DNA of 64,000 nucleotides from Candidatus Iainarchaeum sp. (GTDB lineage: Archaea; Iainarchaeota; Iainarchaeia; Iainarchaeales; JAGVWC01). The stretch is from assembly GCA_018304465.1 (NCBI GenBank), contig JAGVWC010000012.1, positions 999-64,998 of the forward strand, given 5' to 3'. Positions 1-9,082 of the stretch are shown here, piece by piece; within the stretch, counting starts at the first letter, position 1, and each line of letters begins with the position of its first letter. The position numbers were made by a program, and so were the translations under genes. The notes below the pieces were generated by a model. It ran no database searches. It was not told where the DNA came from and worked only from the letters and a program-made list of their open reading frames with translations.

Positions 1-573
1 ATGAACGAGTTTTCGCGTCGCGAAATCCGGACGTTTGCGGACCTGGACAAGTATTGTTATTACGTCGCGGGAACCGTGGGCCATTATTTGACGGATATTT
101 TCGCGTTCAAATTTGGATTGGAGCGCATGCGAGAAGAACTCAAAGAGCGTTGCCTGGATTTCGGGTTGTTGCTGCAAAAAGTGAATATTATCCGGGATTT
201 TTCGCGGGATTTCAAGGAAGGCCGGGTGTTTTGGCCGCGGGAACTATTCGAAGCCAAGGGAATGACGGTGGCACAGGTATTTGCGGAAGAGAATTCACAA
301 AAAAGCCAGGCCATTTTGGAAGAAATGGTGCGTGACGCCAAAAAACATGTGGAAAAATCCCGGGAATATATTCGGAAAATTCCGTCGGATCTTCGGGGCG
401 TACGCGAGTTTTGCGCGATCCCGTTGTTGATGGCGATTCCAACCCTTGAGAAATGCGAAAAAAATCCATTGGTGTTTGATTCAAGCACCAAAGTCAAACT
501 CAGCCGGGTTGAAACCGTTCAGATTATTTCGCGGATCGGCGCCTTGGCCTCAAAACAGGATTGGCCGAAGTGA
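1..573 (+). CDS. Squalene/phytoene synthase family protein, C-terminal part. The 5' end is cut by the window edge.
   Basis: Contains 'YCYYVAGTVG', the second Asp-rich motif 'NIIRDFSRD' and 'GRVFWPRELF'. These are typical of head-to-head trans-isoprenyl diphosphate synthases and look more squalene-synthase-like than CrtB-like. Confidence 0.8.
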   Translation: MNEFSRREIRTFADLDKYCYYVAGTVGHYLTDIFAFKFGLERMREELKERCLDFGLLLQKVNIIRDFSRDFKEGRVFWPRELFEAKGMTVAQVFAEENSQKSQAILEEMVRDAKKHVEKSREYIRKIPSDLRGVREFCAIPLLMAIPTLEKCEKNPLVFDSSTKVKLSRVETVQIISRIGALASKQDWPK

Positions 574-576
574 CGA

Positions 577-1983
577 TTAATTCACCGTGAATTCTTGTTT
601 TGCCGAATTGTTTAATTCGTTGGTTTCCATAACGGTGTTGTTGGCGTCAATGGCCATGGAAAACGTGTATCTTCCGGGTTTTAGTTTGGCCCTGTAACAT
701 GCGCCGCTGTCCACGGGGTTTATCTGGTAAACGACTTGTTGGAGGATTTTTCCGGTGGAATTGTGATCGAACGAAAAATCACAAATGATGTTTTTGTCGT
801 TTTGAACTAGTTGAACGGTCATTGGAAGCGTTCCGACATAGGTTTCTCCGCGCATTTCCAGGGCGTATTCGATGATGCGAGGAGAAAAATCGAGTGGAAA
901 AGGACCGCGAAGACCAAACGCGTAGGTGCGGGTATGGAACCATATATCGAGTTCGGAGTTGGTTGAAAAGAATTGCGGCGCGGAAAGCGCTTCGTCGATG
1001 GGGTTTGGTTTTGACGAGGAGATGCGTGCCGCGATGTCGGGTAGACGCGCCATGGTTTTGTTGGTGCTCGAGTAGACGCGCAAATAGTAGGGTTTTCCGA
1101 ATGCGAGGTTTTCCAGTTGAACAAGGTGATGAACGGCGTTTTCCGAACCCAGGGTTCGATAGTCCAGTTTGTCGGGAGAGGTCCCGTAAAAAACAACGGA
1201 AGTGGTCGCGATGTTGGTATCCCAGGTCGCCAACGCGGTTTTGTCGCCGGTTTCGGTTATTTCAAGTTTTTCAATGGCAAATAACCCGGTGGAATAGGAA
1301 CGAAAAAGGCTGTAATGCGTGGTAAACGACAATATTTCGGAAGAAGCGTTGTAATCGGACGTGGAATCGGTTCGGGGAATTTCAGAAAACACCCGGTAAT
1401 AATACGTGACCGCGGGTTCTAACGGTGTCATGACTACTGAATGCTGGATCGAGAGGACATTGGAATCGATTCGTTGGGTCAAATTGTTTTTGTCGGTTCC
1501 GAACCATAAAACGGAAGTGCTTTTGGAGCTGGTTTTCCAGGCGATCACCGCGTTTTGATTCGTCAAGTCGGCGATTTTTAATTCGGTGATGAACAAGCCT
1601 CGGTTGCTGTTGGAATCGGGTTCTGGGATTTGAGATCCCACGGGTTCTAGTTTTTGGCATTGGATTTGTTGGTCTTGATCAAACCAAAGATACAGTTCTT
1701 CGCGTTCTCCCTGTAAGTGAACGAAATAAAAGCGTTCGCCGGAAAGGCTTTTGACGCATTTTTGTTGCACGAGTTGGCGGTTGTTGGATAGTTTGGCCCG
1801 GTCCCATGGCTGGGTGTTGATGATGGCTTCCGGATTTTTTTCGAAAAAAGTCTTGACGGGCGGAGTGTGTTTGATCCAATCGGTGTTGTTGTCGGGCAAT
1901 GCCGCGTACGGCGTGGTGCATCCTTGCAGGATCAGTAAGCCGCACAGCGAAAAAAGGATTAGAAACGAGAGTGTCGGTTTCAT
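577..1983 (-). CDS. Secreted lipoprotein with two FN3 / purple-acid-phosphatase-N-like domains and a CARDB-like C-terminus.
   Basis: Signal peptide with lipobox 'LLILQGC'. Two ~90-aa repeats end in 'TYYYRVFS' and 'PYYLRVYS'. The C-terminal 'IDANNTVMETNELNNSA' resembles CARDB endings. Confidence 0.6.
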   Translation of the reverse strand: MKPTLSFLILFSLCGLLILQGCTTPYAALPDNNTDWIKHTPPVKTFFEKNPEAIINTQPWDRAKLSNNRQLVQQKCVKSLSGERFYFVHLQGEREELYLWFDQDQQIQCQKLEPVGSQIPEPDSNSNRGLFITELKIADLTNQNAVIAWKTSSKSTSVLWFGTDKNNLTQRIDSNVLSIQHSVVMTPLEPAVTYYYRVFSEIPRTDSTSDYNASSEILSFTTHYSLFRSYSTGLFAIEKLEITETGDKTALATWDTNIATTSVVFYGTSPDKLDYRTLGSENAVHHLVQLENLAFGKPYYLRVYSSTNKTMARLPDIAARISSSKPNPIDEALSAPQFFSTNSELDIWFHTRTYAFGLRGPFPLDFSPRIIEYALEMRGETYVGTLPMTVQLVQNDKNIICDFSFDHNSTGKILQQVVYQINPVDSGACYRAKLKPGRYTFSMAIDANNTVMETNELNNSAKQEFTVN

Positions 1984-2020
1984 CGGATAAAAATGATCCC
2001 CGATACATTTTAAATTATAA

Positions 2021-2671
2021 CTAATTTATAGTTTGCGGTTTTGGTCGTTTGGAGTAGATGATCCACGAGTACGCGATCGGGGACAACAAACAGACAAACC
2101 CCAATACCACGGCGGCCACGGAAAAGGGCCCGGTAAACAACGCGGACACGACAAACAAGGCGCCGCCAGCCCAAAACGCTTTTTGTCCGAACACGTGCGT
2201 CTGTTCCCACACCGTGTCATCGGATAGCGTCCACGGCGTGCGGATTCCGAAAAAAAACATGCGTTTTATTTTGGGAAGCATTGTTCCGATTCCCGCGATC
2301 ATCAAACCGATGAGGCCAAAAATCATCCGCGTCATGGGAAAAACAAATCCGGTGTTGTACAGGATCATCGCGCCCAGCAGAATCAAGAGAAATAACTGGA
2401 CCATCAACGCGGTGGTCCAGTACCTGTCTTCGGAGGCTTTGAAATTTTGTTTGTTGACTTCGAGTTTTGGAACCGCCCAAAAAAGAATCGCTGTTCCGAT
2501 CATGAGCACGGGAACGAAAAAAATGTGATCTTTGGTCGCGGAAAACCCGTCCGCTTCCGAGGACAAACCCCAATGAACCGCCAAAGGCAACTGGAGAAAC
2601 GGAAGACTGTAATACGCAAGCGCAAACCCGATCAGGGCCAGGAATCCCAAAACAAGTAACGGTCGTCGCAT
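2021..2671 (-). CDS. SdpI/DUF1648-family integral membrane protein.
   Basis: Multi-TM protein with 'GIRTPWTLSDDTVWEQTH', the characteristic SdpI-family motif. The N-terminal region is DUF1648-like ('HWGLSSEADGF'). Confidence 0.6.
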   Translation of the reverse strand: MRRPLLVLGFLALIGFALAYYSLPFLQLPLAVHWGLSSEADGFSATKDHIFFVPVLMIGTAILFWAVPKLEVNKQNFKASEDRYWTTALMVQLFLLILLGAMILYNTGFVFPMTRMIFGLIGLMIAGIGTMLPKIKRMFFFGIRTPWTLSDDTVWEQTHVFGQKAFWAGGALFVVSALFTGPFSVAAVVLGFVCLLSPIAYSWIIYSKRPKPQTIN

Positions 2672-2701
2672 GACAAAAATACTGCCAAAGGACGTATAAA
2701 A

Positions 2702-3340
2702 CTATATTCGACCGTTTTTTCGCCGAAGATAATAGGCGATGGACAATTCGTTTGCGCGTTCAAGCACCACAAACGTGAGGGGAATCAGGTGGCGGGCGAT
2801 CAAGAGACCGGGGTTTTTCCATGTCGCGCCTTTTAGGCGCTGAATGGCTTTGATGTCTTCAAATTGCCGCTCAATCTCGGGCAGAAACCGAAGCACGATG
2901 TATACGGGAAGCGAAACGGCTTCGGGAATTTTGAGGCGACGCAATAATTTGAGGATGTCAAACGGATCCGTGACGGTGGAAAACACTGCCGCGGAAAAAA
3001 ACACGACCGTCATTCGAAGATTGGTTTCAAGCAAGAACCGATCGATGGGCAAAAAATCCGAAAAAAAGATGAAGAACCATACGTCAACGAAAAAAAGGAA
3101 CATTCCCAACCCGAGTACCAACTGGAGCAATGATTCGTACCGGATGATCAAGAGGCAACCAAACCCAAAAGCGGCAAGCAAGATCAATGCCCACGGCGCA
3201 TGCAGGACAAACGCGAGAATATTAACGCCGGCAAACAACGCGAATTTCAATTCCGCCGGATAGGGTGAAAGAACCGTCTTGCGGTTGAAGCGGAACATTC
3301 TTTGATTCCTCCGTTTTCGACTAAAAATATCCGGTGACAA
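2702..3340 (-). CDS. ecfT: ECF transporter transmembrane (T) component, EcfT/CbiQ family.
   Basis: About 5 TM helices and a C-terminal 'RxxxIxxAxxxRG'-like coupling region ('IKAIQRLKGATWK'). Lies directly downstream of the ecfA fusion. The start is uncertain: Met at 3340 or 3298, and both overlap the ecfA 3' end. Confidence 0.7.
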   Translation of the reverse strand: MSPDIFSRKRRNQRMFRFNRKTVLSPYPAELKFALFAGVNILAFVLHAPWALILLAAFGFGCLLIIRYESLLQLVLGLGMFLFFVDVWFFIFFSDFLPIDRFLLETNLRMTVVFFSAAVFSTVTDPFDILKLLRRLKIPEAVSLPVYIVLRFLPEIERQFEDIKAIQRLKGATWKNPGLLIARHLIPLTFVVLERANELSIAYYLRRKNGRI

Positions 3341-4410
3341 TATTGCAACAATTCTTCGTCGTGCGTCGCGATGATCATGGGTTGGAAAGCACCGGAAATG
3401 AAGCCGTACACGTTTTTTCGCCGTTCGGCATCAAGCCAGGTGGTGGGTTCGTCAAGCAATAAAACGGAGTTATGGGGAGTTGCGGCAAGCGAAACGATTT
3501 TTTGCTCTCCTTTGCTTAGTAACAGTGGATGCCGTTTCGAAAAAGCCGTGATCCCAAGTTCAGCCAATCTTCCCGGCGCCGCGACGTCTTCAACCGTGGA
3601 CTCGAACAGGATTTGGCCGGGGTTTTGGGGCACGAACGCGTATCCAAGGGAAGACGAAAAGGTTCCGAAAACGGGAAAAATTCCGGCGAGGGCTTTTAGA
3701 AGCGTTGTTTTTCCGCTGCCGTTTTTTCCGATGAAAGCGATTTTTTCGTTTTCGGAAAGCGAAAAAGAGGCGTTTAGATGAAACGATTCGCGGGAAACGG
3801 AAAAATCCGCGTGTAGAACGGTTTTTCCGGTCGAAGGGAGGCGAGGTTTGGATAAAGACGCAGTTGAGAGCGGCGAAAGCGGGATTTTTTTCCAGTTTTT
3901 AACGAAGCGCTCGTCTTTGTCGAACCAAACCACGGTTTTTTCTTTTTCTTTTTCGACCAGGGTTTGGAACCGGTTGGCTTCCTGCGGATCCAACAGTTCG
4001 AGCGGTTCGTCCAACAGAATCGCAAAGCTTTCGTTCATGAGATTGGCGACGAGGTTTACTTTTTGTTTTTCGCCTTCGGATAACTCGAACACACTTTTGT
4101 CCCAAAGCGAATTCATTTCAAAGCGGGAAGCCGGTTTTTTTCCGAGTTCTTGCTCGACGCTTAGCGCGAAAAACTGGCTGGATGGATTCTGCAGAATCAA
4201 CGCGGTTTTTTCCGGAACCTGTTTTTTTCCGCCGACCTGTGCTTCGATCAGATCTGGAATCACTCCGGCCAGGTATAAGGCAAGCGAGCTTTTTCCGCTT
4301 CCGTTTTTGCCCAGAACCGCGACGTGTTCGGATTCCCCGATCGAAAAGGATAGATCCGAGATCACGGGTTTTCCGGAAAACGCGATCGATGTGTTTTCCA
4401 GACGGATCAT
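3247..4410 (-). CDS. ecfA: Fused ECF/ABC ATPase with two nucleotide-binding domains (EcfA-EcfA').
   Basis: Two Walker A motifs ('GKNGSGKSS', 'GKNGSGKTT'), two signature-like motifs ('LSEGEKQKV', 'LSKGEQKIV') and two Walker B motifs ('ILLDEP', 'LLLDEP'). An H-loop 'ATHD' is present only in the second domain. Confidence 0.85.
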   Translation of the reverse strand: MIRLENTSIAFSGKPVISDLSFSIGESEHVAVLGKNGSGKSSLALYLAGVIPDLIEAQVGGKKQVPEKTALILQNPSSQFFALSVEQELGKKPASRFEMNSLWDKSVFELSEGEKQKVNLVANLMNESFAILLDEPLELLDPQEANRFQTLVEKEKEKTVVWFDKDERFVKNWKKIPLSPLSTASLSKPRLPSTGKTVLHADFSVSRESFHLNASFSLSENEKIAFIGKNGSGKTTLLKALAGIFPVFGTFSSSLGYAFVPQNPGQILFESTVEDVAAPGRLAELGITAFSKRHPLLLSKGEQKIVSLAATPHNSVLLLDEPTTWLDAERRKNVYGFISGAFQPMIIATHDEELLQYCHRIFLVENGGIKECSASTARRFFHPIRRN

Positions 4411-4937
4411 CGAAGCGTCTCCCGTAGCGGCGTTTTAAAAAACAAAAACGCGCAGATCGCAAATTCGACCAGGGAAAGAATCACGTTGGGGATGATGATC
4501 CACAAGGCGGGAAACTCGGCCATTGCGGTTTCTGTCGGAATATTGAAAAAAACCGGGATCGCGAAATAATAGTTGAACAGCACCATTCCAAGCGAGCGAA
4601 TCGCAATCGCTGCGACGGCGGCGATGACGGCGTTTCGAAACGTTAGCATGTGTCGGTCGGCCAGCAGTCCGAATAAGACGATCATCGGTAGCGTGGCGAC
4701 GATTTTCATGATGGCTCCGACCCACCCGGTCGGGGTGAAAATCAGCAATATGCCCATGACGATCGCGGATACGATTCCGCCGACGGTTCCAAGTAGCATG
4801 GAGGCAAGGATGAGGGGGACTCCAACGATGTCGATTTTGATGAATTCGATTTTCGGGTACGGAAGCGGCAAGAGTTCCAAAACGATGCTCATGGCCGCAA
4901 GCATCGCGGCCGTGATCAGGACTTTGTATCGGTTCAT
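4407..4937 (-). CDS. ECF transporter substrate-specific (S) component. Riboflavin specificity is inferred from context only.
   Basis: 176-aa protein with about 6 TM helices. It overlaps rbkR upstream and ecfA downstream by 4 nt each. The size and hydrophobicity pattern fit an S component. Confidence 0.6.
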   Translation of the reverse strand: MNRYKVLITAAMLAAMSIVLELLPLPYPKIEFIKIDIVGVPLILASMLLGTVGGIVSAIVMGILLIFTPTGWVGAIMKIVATLPMIVLFGLLADRHMLTFRNAVIAAVAAIAIRSLGMVLFNYYFAIPVFFNIPTETAMAEFPALWIIIPNVILSLVEFAICAFLFFKTPLRETLR

Positions 4938-5569
4938 GGGTTTACCTCCAGGGAGTCTCCTTCGCTTAATCGGAATTTTTTTCTCAAATAATCGGGGGAA
5001 ACAAGCTCAAGGATGTTTAAGTCGTGCCGGGTTCGGTCAGGAATTAGGATGGCACCGATGGATGATCTGATTTTGACGGGATAAACCGTGAGCCCGCCGT
5101 AGGTGCGGTCGCCGCGGGTAAACGCTTCGACGCGAAGCGGGGTCAACTGGGAGATAAAGAGGCGGGCTTTTTCTTTGTCGACTTCAAGGTTGAGTGTTCC
5201 GGGGAAAGCCAAAAACCCAAGGGTTTTTTTTAGGTGAGAATTGTAAATTTTGATGTAGTGGGCGCCTTCGCCGAATCCTTGACGGACTTTTCCGACAATT
5301 GGCGGGGTTTTCGGATCAAATAGCTGTACAAGCGAAACGAATTGGGTTCGAAGTTCGTCTTTGCCTTTGTCGGAAAGCGATATTTCGGTTCCGCCCGGAA
5401 TGGTTTTTCTCAAAATGAATCCGTGTTGTTCTAGGGTCGTGATGCGCCGGGAGGTATTCTGCTGGGAGAATCCAAGTAGCCGCGAAAGTTTTACCGTGGA
5501 GGTCTTTAACGGCTTGTTCAGTCCGGACTGCGCGGCAATCAAAAGAAGAAGGTCCCGGTCAGAAAGCAT
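4934..5569 (-). CDS. rbkR: Winged-HTH regulator fused to an archaeal CTP-dependent riboflavin kinase (RbkR-type).
   Basis: The C-terminal ~125 aa match the MJ0056-type kinase ('GEGAHY', 'FPGTLNLEV', 'YGGLTVYPV'). The N-terminal ~80 aa are MarR/wHTH-like ('STVKLSRLLGFSQQNTSRRITTLEQHGFI'). Confidence 0.8.
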   Translation of the reverse strand: MLSDRDLLLLIAAQSGLNKPLKTSTVKLSRLLGFSQQNTSRRITTLEQHGFILRKTIPGGTEISLSDKGKDELRTQFVSLVQLFDPKTPPIVGKVRQGFGEGAHYIKIYNSHLKKTLGFLAFPGTLNLEVDKEKARLFISQLTPLRVEAFTRGDRTYGGLTVYPVKIRSSIGAILIPDRTRHDLNILELVSPDYLRKKFRLSEGDSLEVNP

Positions 5570-5573
5570 ACCA

Positions 5574-5626
5574 TAGTAGCGGAACGTACTACTTAAAAAT
5601 AAGTAGACTACAAAAAAAAGAGTAGC
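5574..5626 (-). promoter_or_regulatory. Promoter region of the rbkR operon, with AGTAG/CTACT repeats flanking a TATA-like box.
   Basis: AGTAG occurs at 5575-5579, 5602-5606 and 5621-5625, and CTACT at 5589-5593. An A/T box (minus-strand 'CTTATTTTTAAG') lies about 25-35 nt upstream of the ATG at 5569. Confidence 0.3.
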
Positions 5627-5630
5627 GAGT

Positions 5631-5648
5631 CAAAAAAAATAAAAAAAG
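5631..5648 (-). terminator. Oligo-T tract (minus strand) downstream of the small ORF 5654-5911.
   Basis: The minus strand reads 'CTTTTTTTATTTTTTTTG' immediately after the stop codon. Archaeal termination typically occurs at T runs. Confidence 0.3.
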
Positions 5649-5653
5649 ACCGC

Positions 5654-5911
5654 CTACAGCTGTATTTTCATCACTTTGGACGGGCATTTTTCCTGGGCGC
5701 AGAGGGCAATGTATTGCGTGCAAAAGCATCGCTCTCCAGATCGCTTCAGGTGACCGCATTTTGTCCAAAGCGTGGGGTCGTTTAGGAGTTGGAGTGGAAT
5801 GGATGGACCCTCGGCTTCGTCCGCACCGATGATTTTTTGCTGAGAAGACGGCTTGTTTTGAAAAACAGGTTCGTGTTTTTTTGCTGATTCAAGCATGAAG
5901 CTAAGTGACAT
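5654..5911 (-). CDS. Small Cys-containing hypothetical protein (85 aa).
   Basis: The ORF has its own TATA-like box (minus-strand 'CTATATTTATTTTA') about 17 nt upstream of the ATG and an oligo-T tract downstream. The C-terminal Cys cluster is 'CGHLKRSGERCFCTQYIALCAQEKC'. No family recognised. Confidence 0.4.
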   Translation of the reverse strand: MSLSFMLESAKKHEPVFQNKPSSQQKIIGADEAEGPSIPLQLLNDPTLWTKCGHLKRSGERCFCTQYIALCAQEKCPSKVMKIQL

Positions 5912-6056
5912 AGCAAATCTCGATTAAAATAAATATAGCAAGATATAAAAAGATTTCTTTTAGCGGCTAAAGAAAAATTCGGCCAGCGGTTTTTTCGAAA
6001 AAAAATCGCGAAAAGGTATAATCTATTTAACATCCTCGTTCTTTGGTGATAGCGCC

Positions 6057-6950
6057 ATGGATACCCCGTCAAAACCAGAGTGGCTTCGGATCCGTCCCCC
6101 GACCACGGAGCAGTTTGATTGGATTCGCAGACAAGTGGCCCACCAGTCTCTTCACACTGTGTGCCAGGAAGCGCATTGTCCGAACATGACGGAGTGCTGG
6201 AGCGCGGGAACCGCGACGTTTATGGTGCTCGGGGACACGTGTACGCGGGGTTGTCGGTTCTGTGCCGTGAAAACCGGAAGGAAAGGCCTGTCCGTTGATC
6301 CGTTCGAGCCCGAAAAACTCGCCGCCACGGTGACGCGGATGAATCTGAGGTACGTGGTGATCACGTCGGTTGACCGGGACGACTTGCCGGATCAAGGCGC
6401 GCATCATTTTGCGGCTTGCGTTTCAGCGATCAAACAAAAAAGCCCCGCAACGATTGTGGAAGTCTTGACGCCGGATTTTGGGGGCGATGAATCCTTAACG
6501 GAAATTGTGGCCAATTCGGGTTGCGAAGTGTTCGGCCACAACATCGAGACGGTTCGGCGGTTGCAGTCGGGCGTGCGGGATCGGCGCGCTCATTATGATC
6601 AGTCCCTAAGAGTGTTGTTGACCGCGAAGAAAAAAAATCCCGATTTGTATACGAAAAGCGGTTTGATGCTGGGGCTGGGCGAAAAAACAAAAGAAGTGGA
6701 AGAAACATTCGATGATTTGCTACATAACAAGGTTTCGTTTCTTTCCCTGGGCCAGTACCTTGCCCCCTCCCAAAACCACCTGCCGGTTTTCCGGTTTGTC
6801 CCGCCCGCGGAGTTTTCGGAATTAAAATCCAAGGCGATTTCGAAGGGGTTTTTGTTTTGCCAATCCGGACCGCTGGTGCGAAGCTCGTATAAAGCGGGCG
6901 AGTTTTTCTTTTCGTCCGAGCCAATCCGAAAAAGCCAACAGTCTTTTTGA
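6057..6950 (+). CDS. lipA: Lipoyl synthase.
   Basis: Auxiliary cluster motif 'CQEAHCPNMTEC' and radical-SAM motif 'CTRGCRFC'. Full length at 297 aa. Confidence 0.95.
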   Translation: MDTPSKPEWLRIRPPTTEQFDWIRRQVAHQSLHTVCQEAHCPNMTECWSAGTATFMVLGDTCTRGCRFCAVKTGRKGLSVDPFEPEKLAATVTRMNLRYVVITSVDRDDLPDQGAHHFAACVSAIKQKSPATIVEVLTPDFGGDESLTEIVANSGCEVFGHNIETVRRLQSGVRDRRAHYDQSLRVLLTAKKKNPDLYTKSGLMLGLGEKTKEVEETFDDLLHNKVSFLSLGQYLAPSQNHLPVFRFVPPAEFSELKSKAISKGFLFCQSGPLVRSSYKAGEFFFSSEPIRKSQQSF

Positions 6951-7008
6951 AAAAAAAATTCCGGAGTATGTTTTTATTCAACTCCAAGCCATTATATAGA
7001 GCGATCAA

Positions 7009-8097
7009 ATGCCAGAAAAAAAAGTTTTTGTGGGAGACGTGCGTTTTTTTTCCGTGTTGGATGAATCAGGCGCGGTTGATTCCAAACTTGAACCGGCTTT
7101 TTCGTCGGATGAACTCAAAAAACTGTTCGAATGGATGATTCAGATCCGGGCATTTGACGACAAATGCGTCAAGCTTCAGCGTTCGGGAAAACTCGGCACG
7201 TATCTTTCGGTGCTGGGCCAGGAAGCGCAAGTTGCGGCCGCGCTTGCGATGGAAAAAAACGACTGGTTGGTTCCGTATTTCCGGGATAACGGATTGATTT
7301 TGGCGCGCGGAGCCAAGTTTGAGGAATTGCTTGCGGTTGGCGGCGGAAGCGAATGGGGCAGCCAGTTTTCCGGCCCCAACATTTTGCCCGTGGCGATTCC
7401 CGTGGCCACGCAGTTGCTTCACGCGGTCGGAATCGCGTGGGGAATGAAGATTTCAAAGGAAAAAAACGCGGTGTTGGTTTCGTTCGGGGATGGGGCGACC
7501 AGCGAAGGCGATTTTCACGAAGCCATGAATTTCGCGGGCGTGTTCCAGTTACCCGTCGTGTTTTTTTGTCAAAATAATCAGTGGGCGATTTCGGTTCCGC
7601 GTAAAAACCAGACAGCATCAGAAACTATCGCCCAAAAAGCATTGGGTTACGGTTTTTCCGGCGTCCAGGTGGACGGAAACGATCCATTGGCGGTTTTTGT
7701 TGCGGTGTCCGAGGCACTCAAGAAAGCGCGGCAGGGAAAAGGACCGACCTTGATCGAAATGATCACGTACCGGATGTCGGATCATTCGACCGCGGATGAC
7801 GCTTCCAAGTATCGTTCCTTGCAGGAAACCCGCGCCTGGGAAAAAAAGGACCCGATTGATCGTTTTCGAAAATATCTCAAAGCCAAAAAAATCTGGACGC
7901 AAGCGTGGGAAGACCGCGTCGGGCAAACCATCCGAACGCGGATTGAAGAATCCATGCGAAAAGCGGAACTGATTCCAAATCACCCGTCCACCGACATCGT
8001 TGATTTCGTTTTTTTGGAATCGACAATGGAGCTGTTGCGTCAACGGGAATTCCTCGAAGAAGCCGGCAGACGCGAAAAAAGGGATGACGCGAAATGA
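7009..8097 (+). CDS. 2-oxoacid dehydrogenase E1 component, alpha subunit (TPP-dependent).
   Basis: TPP-binding motif 'GDGATSEGDFHEAMNFAGVFQLPVVFFCQNNQWAIS'. Gene order is E1a-E1b-E2-E3. Confidence 0.9.
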   Translation: MPEKKVFVGDVRFFSVLDESGAVDSKLEPAFSSDELKKLFEWMIQIRAFDDKCVKLQRSGKLGTYLSVLGQEAQVAAALAMEKNDWLVPYFRDNGLILARGAKFEELLAVGGGSEWGSQFSGPNILPVAIPVATQLLHAVGIAWGMKISKEKNAVLVSFGDGATSEGDFHEAMNFAGVFQLPVVFFCQNNQWAISVPRKNQTASETIAQKALGYGFSGVQVDGNDPLAVFVAVSEALKKARQGKGPTLIEMITYRMSDHSTADDASKYRSLQETRAWEKKDPIDRFRKYLKAKKIWTQAWEDRVGQTIRTRIEESMRKAELIPNHPSTDIVDFVFLESTMELLRQREFLEEAGRREKRDDAK

Positions 8098-9071
8098 CGT
8101 TGATGAACATGATCCAGGCGCTTAACGCGGGGCTTTTTGGCGCGATGCAAGCCGACGATTCCGTGCTGGTGCTCGGCGAAGACGTCGGCCTAAACGGCGG
8201 AGTGTTTCGGGTCACGGAAGGACTGCAGAAAAAATTCGGACCGGACCGCGTAATCGATACGCCTTTGGCCGAAAGCGCGATCGTCGGCGCTTCCATCGGA
8301 TTGGCCATCAAGGGTTTTCGTCCCGTGGCCGAAATCCAGTTTTCGGGTTTTGCGTATTCGGCGTTCGAGCAACTGGTCAGTCATGCCGCGCGCATCCGAA
8401 ACCGCTCGCGGGGAAAATTCTCGTGTCCCCTGGTGGTTCGGTCGCCTTGTTCGGGCGGCGTGCGCGCGCTGGAACATCATTCCGAATCCATGGAAGCGTT
8501 GTTTTGCCATGTTCCGGGTTTGAAAGTCGTGATGCCGTCCACGCCAAGCGACGCCAAAGGTCTCTTGGCAAGCGCGATCATTGATCCGGATCCCGTATTG
8601 TTTTTCGAGCCGCTGAAATTGTACCGGTTGAAAAAAGAAGAAGTGTCCGAGGATCATTACGAGATTCCGATTGGAAAAGCGCGGCTGGTGCGGCCGGGAA
8701 AACACGTGACCGTGGTTTCGTACGGATCCATGGTTCCGGAATGCGAAAAAGCCGCGTTGGCGTTGTCGGAAAAAGGAATCGAAACGGAGGTATTGGATTT
8801 GCGATCGCTTTCACCGCTTGATTTCGCAGCGGTGCAGGAAAGCGTAAAGCACACGAACCGGTTGGCCATCGTGCATGAAGCCCCGTACTCGTTTGGAGTC
8901 GGAGCCGAAATCGCGGCGCGTATCGCGGAACGAAACGTTTTGGAGTTGGACGCGCCCGTGGTTCGGATTGCCGGTTTGGATGCACCAATGCCGCTTTCCA
9001 AACTCGAAGAAGCGTATTTGCCGAACGCGAATCGAATCGCTTTTGAAATAGAAAAATTGATGAATTTTTAG
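8094..9071 (+). CDS. 2-oxoacid dehydrogenase E1 component, beta subunit.
   Basis: Contains 'VIDTPLAESAIVGASIGLAIKGFRPVAEIQFSGF' and shows typical transketolase-like E1 beta conservation. Overlaps E1a by 4 nt. Confidence 0.9.
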   Translation: MTLMNMIQALNAGLFGAMQADDSVLVLGEDVGLNGGVFRVTEGLQKKFGPDRVIDTPLAESAIVGASIGLAIKGFRPVAEIQFSGFAYSAFEQLVSHAARIRNRSRGKFSCPLVVRSPCSGGVRALEHHSESMEALFCHVPGLKVVMPSTPSDAKGLLASAIIDPDPVLFFEPLKLYRLKKEEVSEDHYEIPIGKARLVRPGKHVTVVSYGSMVPECEKAALALSEKGIETEVLDLRSLSPLDFAAVQESVKHTNRLAIVHEAPYSFGVGAEIAARIAERNVLELDAPVVRIAGLDAPMPLSKLEEAYLPNANRIAFEIEKLMNF

Positions 9072-9082
9072 GATGACAATGC

